Assembly: GCF_000018465.1 (NCBI RefSeq)
Contig: NC_010085.1
Coordinates: 1,170,001 to 1,202,000 of the forward strand
Direction of reading: 5' to 3'
Length of the DNA: 32,000 bases
DNA from: Nitrosopumilus maritimus SCM1
GTDB taxonomy: Archaea; Thermoproteota; Nitrososphaeria; Nitrososphaerales; Nitrosopumilaceae
The notes under the pieces: generated by a model
What the model saw: the letters and a program-made list of their open reading frames with translations, nothing else
What the model was told of the DNA's origin: nothing
Databases searched by the model: none
Translations under genes and position numbers: made by a program
Shown here: one piece after another, positions 17,166-28,743 of the stretch
Numbering within the stretch: the stretch's first letter is position 1
How the letters are laid out: every line of letters starts with the position of its first letter

Positions 17166-18202
17166 TGCTCTGGTTTGTAGGTTTAGGAATTTCAGGATTC
17201 AAATCAATTCCCAATGAGGCAATTGATGTTTTAGCAAAAGCTGACATTGTATATCTTGAGCAATTCACAAGTCCAATTGGTAAATCAGATCTAACTAAAA
17301 TCAAAAATGCAACAAAGGGGGAATTTAGACCTGCAAAAAGATGGTTAGTAGAAGATGGAAATGAGATTTTAGAGAATGCAAAGAAAAAGAAAGTTGTCTT
17401 GTTATCTTATGGAGATCCATACATTGCTACAACACATATTGAATTACGAGAAAGAGCAATAAAAGAAAAAATCAAAACATATTCCATTCATGCATCTTCA
17501 TCATTAACCTCAATGATCGGAGAGTGCGGTCTACACTTTTACAAAGTTGGAAGAATTGCAACAATAATGAGTGAAATGAAATCACTTACAACACCATACT
17601 ATGTCATTTACAAAAATGTCATAGAAGGGAATCACACTGTACTACTTTTGGAGTTTAATCAAGACAAAGACTTTTTCTTAGATCCTAAAGATGCATTAAA
17701 CGAATTATTAGAAACTGAAAAAGGACAAAGAAGAAAGGTGATTAGCCCATCAACTTTTGCAATAGTTGCATCAAGAATTGGATTCAAAGACCAAGAGATA
17801 GTTTCAGGTAAAATTTCTAGCCTAAAAAAGAGAGATTTTGGAAAACCACCACACACAGTGATAATTCCAGGAAGATTACACTTTACAGAATCAGATGCGC
17901 TCAAAGTTTTGGGAGAATGTATTGATGAACCATTTGACAATTCAGAAAAAACAAGGAAAATTTCAGTACAAATGATTGAAAAGTATGTTCCAATGGTAAG
18001 AGAAGCACTTGAAGAAGTACAGCCATACTACAAGGATCAAAAAGAGTTCCAAGTAATTTTAGAAAATGCAGAATTGTATGTCAAAGATGCAGAGAAATTT
18101 TTGGAAGATGGTCAAGATGAGGTTGCAATCCTGAGTATTGGTTATGCAGATGGATTGGTAGATGCATTAAGGTTAGCAAAAGGCCTGGATCCCAAAATGT
18201 AG
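17165..18202 (+). CDS. dph5: Diphthine synthase
   Basis: 'MLWFVGLGISGFKSIPNEAIDVLAKADIVYLEQFTSP', 'VVLLSYGDPYIATTHIELRERA', 'IHASSSLTSMIGECGLHFYKVG'. Confidence 0.95.
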   Translation: MLWFVGLGISGFKSIPNEAIDVLAKADIVYLEQFTSPIGKSDLTKIKNATKGEFRPAKRWLVEDGNEILENAKKKKVVLLSYGDPYIATTHIELRERAIKEKIKTYSIHASSSLTSMIGECGLHFYKVGRIATIMSEMKSLTTPYYVIYKNVIEGNHTVLLLEFNQDKDFFLDPKDALNELLETEKGQRRKVISPSTFAIVASRIGFKDQEIVSGKISSLKKRDFGKPPHTVIIPGRLHFTESDALKVLGECIDEPFDNSEKTRKISVQMIEKYVPMVREALEEVQPYYKDQKEFQVILENAELYVKDAEKFLEDGQDEVAILSIGYADGLVDALRLAKGLDPKM

Positions 18203-18242
18203 TTTCAGCGATGAATTAAAGAGAGGGAGTAAAATAGGAAAA

Positions 18243-18863
18243 ATGTTGGAACAAAGTCAAAGAACAATTCTTTCTACAATTTACGTATGCCAGATAGAGG
18301 GTACTAATCCAATTGAGAAAATCAAAAGAAAAACTGCATTTTCAGATGATCAAATCAATTCAAAGATTGAAGAGTTGATAAAAAAACAACTTGTCAATGA
18401 AGACAAAAAAACACTAACAGAATCAGGGCGAGACTCGTTGAAAGTAGTTTTGGCTGGAGGTGTTTTTGATATTATTCATCCAGGACACATCCACACCCTT
18501 AATGCTGCAAAAGAGCTAGGAGATGCTCTTGTGGTAGTTGTTGCAACAGACAATACAGCAGTAAAAATGAAAAAAAGAAGACCATTACATTCTCAAGAAC
18601 AAAGACAAGAGTTGGTAAATTCACTATCTATGGTAGACCTTTGTCTAATTGGACAAGAAGATGATATTTTCAAGACAGTAAACAATGTCAGACCACAAAT
18701 AATCGCATTAGGATATGACCAAGCTCATCAAGAGAAGTTCATTACAGAGGGATGCAAAAAAATCAATCTTGATGCAAAGGTTGCAAGATTGCAATCCCCA
18801 ATTCCAGATAGTTCTAGCTCAAAAATTGAGAAAGAATACGGCGAATCAATCCATGGGATTTGA
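18243..18863 (+). CDS. ribL: RibL-like FAD synthase / cytidylyltransferase-family protein fused to N-terminal wHTH
   Basis: 'VVLAGGVFDIIHPGHIHTLNAAKELGDALVVVVATDNTAVKMKKRRPLHSQEQR' preceded by a ~65-aa HTH-like domain (ILSTIYVCQIEGTNPIEKIKRKTAFSDDQINSKIEELIKKQLV). Confidence 0.82.
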   Translation: MLEQSQRTILSTIYVCQIEGTNPIEKIKRKTAFSDDQINSKIEELIKKQLVNEDKKTLTESGRDSLKVVLAGGVFDIIHPGHIHTLNAAKELGDALVVVVATDNTAVKMKKRRPLHSQEQRQELVNSLSMVDLCLIGQEDDIFKTVNNVRPQIIALGYDQAHQEKFITEGCKKINLDAKVARLQSPIPDSSSSKIEKEYGESIHGI

Positions 18864-18883
18864 TTATCAAAATAGAGTATAGT

Positions 18884-20752
18884 TTATTCAGATTTATCCT
18901 CTTTTTGCGGAATCTTTATCGTAAAAGTTGTAGGGTTATTTTTAACAGATATCATACCACCGTGTTGCTCTACAAGATTTTTTACGCTAGCAAGTCCTAA
19001 TCCTGTTCCTTTTTGTTTTGATGTAGTTAACGGATCAAATATTGCTTCTATTGGTTTTATAGTGATACCAATACCTGAATCTCGTATTTGAATAACAATC
19101 TCAGAATTAGTTTTAGATAAAATGATGTCAATGTCTCCTCCATCTTCAAGTGCTTGAATAGAATTAAAAATCAAATTAACTAAAATGATATTTATTTTAT
19201 CTTTATCCCCTATCATAAAAATTTCATCGTCTTTGATGGTGATTTTTACATTGGAAGGAATTTGCAAAGTGTCAATTACTTCAGTTACAAGTTCAGTAAG
19301 GTTGAATTTGGAGTAAACTAGAGGTGTATCACGCAAATATTCTAAAACGTCATCTAGTTGATGTGTTATTCGATTGATAGAGGTATCAATTCTACGAAAA
19401 TCATTTTCATCAATTTGTTTTTGAAGTTTCAATAATTCAAATTCACTTTTTATTATTGCCAGAGGATTTCGAATATCATGTGAAATTCTAGCAGATAATT
19501 CACCGATAGCACTGAATCTTTCTGCACGAACCAATCTATCTGTGAGATTTTTTTGTTCAGTAATATTATTTCTAATTGAAACATATTCTAAAATTTGTCC
19601 ATTCTTATCTAAGAATGGAATAACCGTAGTATCATTCCAAAACAAAGTTCCATCTTTAGCAGTATTACAAATTTCACCATGCCAAATTTTTCCACTCGAA
19701 ATCGTGGTCCACAAATCTTTATAGAATCCAGGAGGATGGATTTTTCTAGATCTCAAAATATCTTGACGTTTGCCTATGAGTTCATTTTTTGTGTATTTTG
19801 AGACTTGGCAAAATTTATCGTTAACATAAGTGATTTTTCCATTTTTATCAATTATACTCACTATAGAGGATTCTTCAAGTGCTTTTCTAAGATTTTGTTG
19901 TATGGTAAGCTGTTCTTTTACATTAGTTGTGTCTTTCAGGGTTTCAATCATATTTTGAAAATTTCTTGATAGTTGACCTAAATCATCCTGAGAATTTCTT
20001 GCAGTTTTAATATCAAAATTTCCTTGAATAATTTGTTCAGTAGCATTTTGAAGTTTTTTAATAGGTTTTGTAATGAGTTTGGGTATAAGAAATCCTAAAA
20101 ATACAGAAACGGTAATTGCGCATATAACAAACACTAGTACAATACTAGTTCCAAAATTTAGAATGTCTTCAGTATCATTAGTAACTTGTTCTAAAGTTAG
20201 AGAAGATGAGATTAAAGCTTCATCATAATCTAATCCACGAGAGTATACATAATCTCTTAATCCTTGTTCATAAATTGTCTTTTGAGTCCAATATTCATTA
20301 CTTTCTAGTATTGCAATTGCTTGTTCAGGATTACCTTCGTCAGCAAAAAGAATGGCTTTGGTTTCCATTTCAATTAATGCAGTATTGGCTAAATGAACAT
20401 TTTGAAAAAACTGTTTTTCTTTTTCGTCTCCATATTCAATTGAATAATTTATGACATCATCAAGTAATGGAACTGTATCAAAATATCTTTGGTTCCATTT
20501 TGTATCCAAAGTAAAAGCATAATTTCTGGCTGACTGTGTTAGTACCTCATCATAATATCGAATTAATTGAGCATGTGCATCAAGATCTGATTTTGTATTA
20601 AGTTCACTTATTTGTAATGGAATTTCATTAGAAATTGGTTCTGACAACTGTGAAAACTGGTAAAGAGAAATTATACCTAAAACAATAACAAGCGCACTTA
20701 TTAGAAAATAAGTTAAAATTAGTTTAGTAGCAATTTTCATATATTCATACAA
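18884..20752 (-). CDS. Membrane sensor histidine kinase (extracytoplasmic sensor, HAMP, PAS/PAC, HisKA, HATPase)
   Basis: Two TM segments; HAMP 'KLITKPIKKLQNATEQIIQG'; PAS 'ALEESSIVSIIDKNGKITYVNDKFC'; H-box 'RISHDIRNPLAII'; ATPase motifs 'GDKDKINIILVNLIFNSIQAL', 'DSGIGI', 'GTGLGLASVKNLV'. Confidence 0.95.
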   Translation of the reverse strand: MYEYMKIATKLILTYFLISALVIVLGIISLYQFSQLSEPISNEIPLQISELNTKSDLDAHAQLIRYYDEVLTQSARNYAFTLDTKWNQRYFDTVPLLDDVINYSIEYGDEKEKQFFQNVHLANTALIEMETKAILFADEGNPEQAIAILESNEYWTQKTIYEQGLRDYVYSRGLDYDEALISSSLTLEQVTNDTEDILNFGTSIVLVFVICAITVSVFLGFLIPKLITKPIKKLQNATEQIIQGNFDIKTARNSQDDLGQLSRNFQNMIETLKDTTNVKEQLTIQQNLRKALEESSIVSIIDKNGKITYVNDKFCQVSKYTKNELIGKRQDILRSRKIHPPGFYKDLWTTISSGKIWHGEICNTAKDGTLFWNDTTVIPFLDKNGQILEYVSIRNNITEQKNLTDRLVRAERFSAIGELSARISHDIRNPLAIIKSEFELLKLQKQIDENDFRRIDTSINRITHQLDDVLEYLRDTPLVYSKFNLTELVTEVIDTLQIPSNVKITIKDDEIFMIGDKDKINIILVNLIFNSIQALEDGGDIDIILSKTNSEIVIQIRDSGIGITIKPIEAIFDPLTTSKQKGTGLGLASVKNLVEQHGGMISVKNNPTTFTIKIPQKEDKSE

Positions 20753-20799
20753 AAATTGTCATAAATAAATAATCTATGAAAAAATTTAGTTTTTCAAAA

Positions 20800-21234
20800 C
20801 TATTGCTTGGTTGTCAAAACATGACATTTTGCTTTGTGATGAATGGTGTTGATAATGTCATCATAAAGCGTAGATTCAGTCATGGATAGTTTTGGATAAT
20901 CAACTATGAGCAAATCAACCTTATTCTCAGTCACATAGTCAATTACCCAATGGGCTATAGAGTCAGTTAATGCAAATTTAGTCTTGATTTGTACATTTTG
21001 CTTTGCTGCAGCCTTTTCCCATTTGGAAAGTTCATTTTTGATTTGTTCTTTTCTTTTTTGCAAGGCAATTTTGTCAGTCTTTGTCTCAAAGAAATGAAAC
21101 GTTGGAGGTTTTTGATAAAAACACTCTATCACAGAAAGAGAGCATCCCAGTTTCTTTGCCAATTCCAATCCAAGATCAAAAGACTTTTTGTCATGGGTTG
21201 GAGTGATTATAGCTACCGTAATTTGTTTAATCAA
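20800..21234 (-). CDS. Universal stress protein (UspA) family
   Basis: 'ITVAIITPTHDKKSFDLGLELAKKLGCSLSVIECF' and 'VIDYVTENKVDLLIVD...HHKAKCHVLTTK'. Confidence 0.75.
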   Translation of the reverse strand: MIKQITVAIITPTHDKKSFDLGLELAKKLGCSLSVIECFYQKPPTFHFFETKTDKIALQKRKEQIKNELSKWEKAAAKQNVQIKTKFALTDSIAHWVIDYVTENKVDLLIVDYPKLSMTESTLYDDIINTIHHKAKCHVLTTKQ

Positions 21235-21273
21235 GCATTAATTCTAGGAAATTTACTGTTAATCAATTTTTGG

Positions 21274-21957
21274 TTAAGATGAAATTGGTATCTTGATGGT
21301 TATTTTAGAGCCATCCTTTAGTTTTCCAGTCTTTCTCATACAGGTTTTTGAAATTAATTCTACAACAGAATTATCATGATGAGTGCGCTCAAGAAGAATC
21401 ATATCACAATTAATTGAATTGTTTAGTTTTGCAGGAAAGCACTTGACCCAACCATAAGTTCGCTTTCCATCTGAAAAGCTCTTAATTTTGATCCCATCTA
21501 GAGTTTCAAATTGTTTGACTGCTTCTTGGTGGATTTTTTTGTCTAATCGCACGTTAAGAGTTCCAGGAAATGGAACATAGCCAATTTTTGATTTGAATTG
21601 CTTGGTATATCCTTTTAGCCCCATGTAATATGCGCCTTCTCCCATTCCAGAAACCAAAGTTCCCTTTAGTTCAACATGTGATGGAAATGAGTTCAAACTC
21701 TTTTGTAGAGTTGTAGAAAGTTTTACCATTTCAGAAAATCCCTTTGGAGTAATCTTTACTGAAACATTTCGTCCACTCATAATTCTATCAATGAATTGAT
21801 TTTGTTCTAGTTCCAGCAGATGTTTTGATGCTGCTTGTTGTGATTTTTTTATGCTCTTTCCCAATGAAGAGGTTGTTATTGAAACATAGTTGTGTTTAGC
21901 ACCTTTTGAGAGAAGATAAGATAAAGTTAGGATGTGCTGAATTTTTAGTTCAGGCAT
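21274..21957 (-). CDS. ribK: CTP-dependent riboflavin kinase with N-terminal HTH domain (RbkR type)
   Basis: HTH 'ITTSSLGKSIKKSQQAASKHLLELEQNQFIDR' plus kinase motifs 'VELKGTLVSGMGEGAYYMGL', 'GYVPFPGTLNVRLD', 'MILLERTHHDNSVVELIS'. Confidence 0.92.
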   Translation of the reverse strand: MPELKIQHILTLSYLLSKGAKHNYVSITTSSLGKSIKKSQQAASKHLLELEQNQFIDRIMSGRNVSVKITPKGFSEMVKLSTTLQKSLNSFPSHVELKGTLVSGMGEGAYYMGLKGYTKQFKSKIGYVPFPGTLNVRLDKKIHQEAVKQFETLDGIKIKSFSDGKRTYGWVKCFPAKLNNSINCDMILLERTHHDNSVVELISKTCMRKTGKLKDGSKITIKIPISS

Positions 21958-21965
21958 CTAAGATC

Positions 21966-23108
21966 CTATGCTACGCCCAGGTCACCGAATGTTTTGAGAG
22001 TCATTCCATCAGAGTTTGATAGTTTTGCTACTCTGTGACCAACTACACATTCAATTCCTGCGTTTTTGGCGCCCTCTAAAAGTCTCTGAGTGATGATTCC
22101 ATCTAGTAGAAGATATTTGATTCCAGATTGTGTTGATAGTTTGCTAACAACTTCACTTATTGGAACCTTAAAGATTTCATTGTTATCACCATCTAGTGCA
22201 ACTGCTTCAAGAGTTTCATTTAGATTTGGGAAAACTTTTGCTGCCATCTCGGCAAGAGGTTTATCATCTTCGTTTTGGAGTGTTGGTGCAGGTTTACCGC
22301 CTTTAATTTCTTCAGCAACTGGACTAAGAATTTCATCAATTCTTTGTGGAGTTAATTCTTCAACTTCAACATCATTGTCTGCTCTTAGTTCATAATCAAT
22401 TGGGACAACTGATTTTAGTTCTTTTAGAATAAATCCACCTGCTCTATCGCCATCTAAGAATGCAACAACAGTTTCTTTTGAATTGCATAATTCTTTGATA
22501 GATTCATCAATTTTTGCGCCTTCAATTGCAAGTGCATTATCATATCCTGCTCTGAGAAGATTTATCACATCAGCTCTTCCTTCAACTAGAATTACCCAGT
22601 TAGAATCAGCTAGGCCAGAACTGCAAGTAAGTTTGGATGGACCATAAGTGGTTAATTTTTTAGAATCACCTTGGTGGACATCATTTAGCATACTTTCTCC
22701 TTCACTAACAGTTTTAGTTGCCCATTTTTGCTTGATTTCTTTTGCACGTTTTACAATGTCATCTTTCTTTGCAGCACGTACATCATCAATTGCTTCTAAG
22801 GTAAATTTACAATCAAATGGACCAACTTTGTCAATGCTTTCAATTCCTGCTGCAATCAATGCACAAGTATCAATATCAGTACTCATTGGAATTAATGCAT
22901 CACCAGCAGTGGTATTTGCAGTAGTTCTAGCACTGACTTCTATGCGACCTACTTTAGAAACTCGTTGCAGTTCATTCAGATTCATCTCAGGGCCTAACAG
23001 TCCTTCTGTTTGGCCGAAGATGGCTCCGATTATATCTGCTCTTTCAACGAGCCCATCAACTTCATAGGAAAGTTTAACATGATATTTGACAATTCCTGAT
23101 TGAGGCAT
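21966..23108 (-). CDS. dnaG: Archaeal DnaG (Toprim; exosome-associated/primase-like)
   Basis: 'DSNWVILVEGRADVINLLRAGYDNALAIEGAKID', 'VVAFLDGDRAGGFILKELK', 'RRVGRIEV'-like N-terminus (VSKVGRIEVSARTTANTTAGDALIPMSTD). Confidence 0.93.
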   Translation of the reverse strand: MPQSGIVKYHVKLSYEVDGLVERADIIGAIFGQTEGLLGPEMNLNELQRVSKVGRIEVSARTTANTTAGDALIPMSTDIDTCALIAAGIESIDKVGPFDCKFTLEAIDDVRAAKKDDIVKRAKEIKQKWATKTVSEGESMLNDVHQGDSKKLTTYGPSKLTCSSGLADSNWVILVEGRADVINLLRAGYDNALAIEGAKIDESIKELCNSKETVVAFLDGDRAGGFILKELKSVVPIDYELRADNDVEVEELTPQRIDEILSPVAEEIKGGKPAPTLQNEDDKPLAEMAAKVFPNLNETLEAVALDGDNNEIFKVPISEVVSKLSTQSGIKYLLLDGIITQRLLEGAKNAGIECVVGHRVAKLSNSDGMTLKTFGDLGVA

Positions 23109-23260
23109 AAATTATTCATCTCCTTAATTATCATGTTTTGAGTCTCTGTATTCGATATATGAGGGTATCGCAAAAATTTGCATTAAAAAACTAGAATTTT
23201 TCAAAAAATCTGCCTGCAGTGTATGCATTGTATAATGAAAAATGAAAAATGATGGTGTGT

Positions 23261-23620
23261 TTATTCAGTACTAAATGAATGGCCACATGAACAGGATTTT
23301 GTAACATTTGGATTGTTAATCTTAAATCCAGAACCCATTAGGCTTTCAATATAGTCAACGTTTGCACCTTGTAAGTGGTCAACGCTGTAACTGTCAACTA
23401 AAAGTTTTACACCATTTTCTTCCATGACGATGTCATCTTCTTCTGGTGCTTTTTCAAAGCCCATTCCGTAAGACAAACCAGAACAGCCTCCACCCTGAAC
23501 GTATACTCTAAGGTATTCAGGAGATTCTGCTTCTTCTTTCATGAATTCTTTGATTTTCTCAGCTGCTTTTTCAGTAACTGTGATCATCTTTTGTGTTTGC
23601 TCAGTTGCCATAATGAACAA
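23261..23620 (-). CDS. A-type iron-sulfur carrier (IscA/ErpA/HesB family)
   Basis: 'VQGGGCSGLSYGMGFEKAP', 'ENGVKLLVDSYSVDHLQGANVDYIESLMGSGFKINNPNVTKSCSCGHSF' (C...CxC). Confidence 0.94.
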   Translation of the reverse strand: MFIMATEQTQKMITVTEKAAEKIKEFMKEEAESPEYLRVYVQGGGCSGLSYGMGFEKAPEEDDIVMEENGVKLLVDSYSVDHLQGANVDYIESLMGSGFKINNPNVTKSCSCGHSFSTE

Positions 23621-23702
23621 AAAAGTCGGCTCAAAATATAATAAGCTTTTCCAACCCTACACACTAGTAATTCAAGAAATTGGCCGTGTTTTTAATAGAA
23701 TT

Positions 23703-24149
23703 TTAAAGACTAGCAAAATATTTGACCAGATCACTGGAAGTGAGTATACCAATAATTCGATCATCATCAATTACAGGTAGTTTCCGAACATTTCTTGTTG
23801 TCATTAAATCAGAAGCAGTCCATAGATCAGAATTAGGATCAATAGAAATGAGAGGGGCAGACATTATTCTTCGGATAGGAGTATCAATAGGATATGAATG
23901 AGCAGTAATTTTTATTGCAAAATCTCTATCAGTTACAATTCCAACAGGGGAGCCATTTTCTAATACGGCAATTGCACCAACGCCAGTGTCTTCCATCATT
24001 TTTGCAGCATCAGTTGCTGTAATAGAAGAATCTACAGAGATAACAGAGTTGCTCATAATTTCTTTGACAAGAGTTTTCTGATGAACAGTGTCAGAACTCA
24101 TGTAAAAGGTTGTGTCACGTAATATTTCAAAGGATTTACTGAATTTCAA
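23703..24149 (-). CDS. Protein with CBS-domain pair; true start may be ATG at 24101
   Basis: 'VSVDSSITATDAAKMMEDTGVGAIAVLENGSPVGIVTDRDF' and 'LWTASDLMTTRNVRKLPVIDDDRIIGILTSSDLVK'. Confidence 0.9.
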   Translation of the reverse strand: MKFSKSFEILRDTTFYMSSDTVHQKTLVKEIMSNSVISVDSSITATDAAKMMEDTGVGAIAVLENGSPVGIVTDRDFAIKITAHSYPIDTPIRRIMSAPLISIDPNSDLWTASDLMTTRNVRKLPVIDDDRIIGILTSSDLVKYFASL

Positions 24150-24745
24150 TCATGATAATCATGTTCATTGAAATCAGAACCCAATTGAACATGAAGAATT
24201 ACTGTAGATTCGGTGGTCTGAAACTTTAGTTCTTTTTCTGGCATGAAACTACGAAAGACTTGAGTTAACATTTGTTCAGTAAAGACAGACCATTTCATTC
24301 CAAGCTCATGTTGAATCAAAAATATATGTACATCACCTTCAATTCTATGATCAGAGTTCATTCCAGATGCTCTCATGTAATCTTCTAGAGTTTCAATACA
24401 TCGTTTCAAATCATATCCACCTTTGATGAACAAAACAGTGTCCTTAATCATTGGAAAGATTAGTGTGATAATTTCATCAATGTCTCTACCATCTAATTCA
24501 CTACCCAAAGTTTCTACGATAGTTTTTGGAACAGGAATCATTCCAATTTTATTTGAAAATCTATCCCATTGAACATATTTTTCTAAGATTTGTTTTACAA
24601 GGACATTTTGAGAGATACTCTTCATAGTAGCTTCAGTTTCTAGTTCATTGACGAGTTTTTCTGGAAGTCTATAGGTAATACTACGGGTAGATTCTTTTTT
24701 TTGGTTGTGGACCTGCCGATTTGCACCCATTTTTTCTTTCAACAT
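24146..24745 (-). CDS. Ribbon-helix-helix-like N-terminal domain plus uncharacterized C-terminal domain
   Basis: 'RSITYRLPEKLVNELETEATMKSISQNVLVKQILEKYV' resembles RHH; the remaining ~130 aa match nothing I recognise. Stop overlaps the CBS gene start. Confidence 0.72.
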   Translation of the reverse strand: MLKEKMGANRQVHNQKKESTRSITYRLPEKLVNELETEATMKSISQNVLVKQILEKYVQWDRFSNKIGMIPVPKTIVETLGSELDGRDIDEIITLIFPMIKDTVLFIKGGYDLKRCIETLEDYMRASGMNSDHRIEGDVHIFLIQHELGMKWSVFTEQMLTQVFRSFMPEKELKFQTTESTVILHVQLGSDFNEHDYHD

Positions 24746-24773
24746 ATTTCAGGCACTCAAGTATAAAATGTAA

Positions 24774-24796
24774 CTAACTCGCGTTAGACGAGTTAG
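24774..24796. repeat. Inverted repeat CTAACTCG-CGTTAGA-CGAGTTAG
   Basis: Perfect 8-bp arms, 7-nt spacer, directly upstream of a TATA-like element (minus strand TTTTATAC) for the 24745 gene. Confidence 0.6.
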
Positions 24797-25124
24797 GAAC
24801 GATTTCGATGGAAGTTTCTTCTAAATTGCACTGAAGAGATATTGACTTTACCTTACTCTTGTAAAGAAAGTATTTCTTTCCATCTTCATTTATGGAACCG
24901 GAGATTGCAAGCAATTTTGCATCATATAGGGTTTGTAATCTTCGGTATACTGTACTAATAGGGATTTTTTTATCACTAGACAACTCCATTGCAGATTTTG
25001 GTTTTTCTAGTGTATCATGGAGGATTTGTTTGCAATATTTGTCTGCCAAGACTTCTAAAATTATTTGCTTTCTTTCATCATCCATTATTTTTCTTGTTTG
25101 AACTAATTCTTGCATGATTATCAT
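24774..25124 (-). CDS. Winged-helix transcriptional regulator (ArsR/HTH-like)
   Basis: 'VLADKYCKQILHDTLEKPKSAMELSSDKKIPISTVYRRLQTLYDAKLLAISGSINEDGKKYFLYKSK'. Confidence 0.85.
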   Translation of the reverse strand: MIIMQELVQTRKIMDDERKQIILEVLADKYCKQILHDTLEKPKSAMELSSDKKIPISTVYRRLQTLYDAKLLAISGSINEDGKKYFLYKSKVKSISLQCNLEETSIEIVPNSSNAS

Positions 25125-25136
25125 TGGTGATTATCA
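25113..25136. promoter_or_regulatory. Two TGATTATCA palindromes at the start of the wHTH gene
   Basis: TGATTATCA at 25115..25123 and 25128..25136; first is embedded in CATGATTATCAT, which recurs at 24152..24163. Confidence 0.45.
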
Positions 25137-25211
25137 GATTTAATAATCGAGTACACATTGCACTGCACTGCACTCAAATCTTATAAATCCCAGAATTTCC
25201 AATAATATGGT

Positions 25212-25736
25212 ATGAAACGCAGTTCAAAAACAATGGCCGTATTAGTTATGATTTTTGCAGTTTCAATAGTTTCTCTTTCAATTAATGTAGCAAGTGCACA
25301 AGCAGTACCAGAATGGGTAAAAAATACGGCATTGTGGTATGGTGAAGGAATTGTTTCAGAGGGAGAATTTCTCAATATGATAAAATTCTTGATTGAAAAT
25401 GAGGTAATTGTAATAGACAACATAAAGGAACCAATGCCTCAAGTATCTGATGCACAGATTATCATTCCAAATGGAAACTATGATGTCACAGGTGCAGGAT
25501 TTTACTCACCATTGAATTTAGAGATTCCAGTAGGAACTACAGTAACATGGACAAATGATGATTCAGTACCACACAACATCCAAAGTATAGATGTCAATGG
25601 AAAGGTCATTCAGTTATTTAACAGTCCACCATTAAATACAGGAGATAGATTTGAGCATGTATTTGAAGAAGAAGGTGTTTACAAGTACTATTGTTCTTTC
25701 CACCCTTGGAGAGTAGGACTAGTTACAGTATCATAG
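25212..25736 (+). CDS. Secreted plastocyanin-like cupredoxin with N-terminal extra domain
   Basis: Signal peptide, 'VPEWVKNTALWYGEGIVSEGEFLNMIKFLIEN' module, cupredoxin 'VPVGTTVTWTNDD'-like (IPVGTTVTWTNDDSVPHNIQS) and 'YKYYCSFHPWRVGLVTV'. Confidence 0.93.
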   Translation: MKRSSKTMAVLVMIFAVSIVSLSINVASAQAVPEWVKNTALWYGEGIVSEGEFLNMIKFLIENEVIVIDNIKEPMPQVSDAQIIIPNGNYDVTGAGFYSPLNLEIPVGTTVTWTNDDSVPHNIQSIDVNGKVIQLFNSPPLNTGDRFEHVFEEEGVYKYYCSFHPWRVGLVTVS

Positions 25737-25785
25737 AGTCAACACAACTCAAAAAATAATAAAATAAGAAGGAAATAGGAAATAG

Positions 25786-26556
<771 letters not shown>

Positions 26557-26583
26557 TCAAGCCATGTGAGACTTAAATGTTAT

Positions 26584-28743
<2,160 letters not shown>

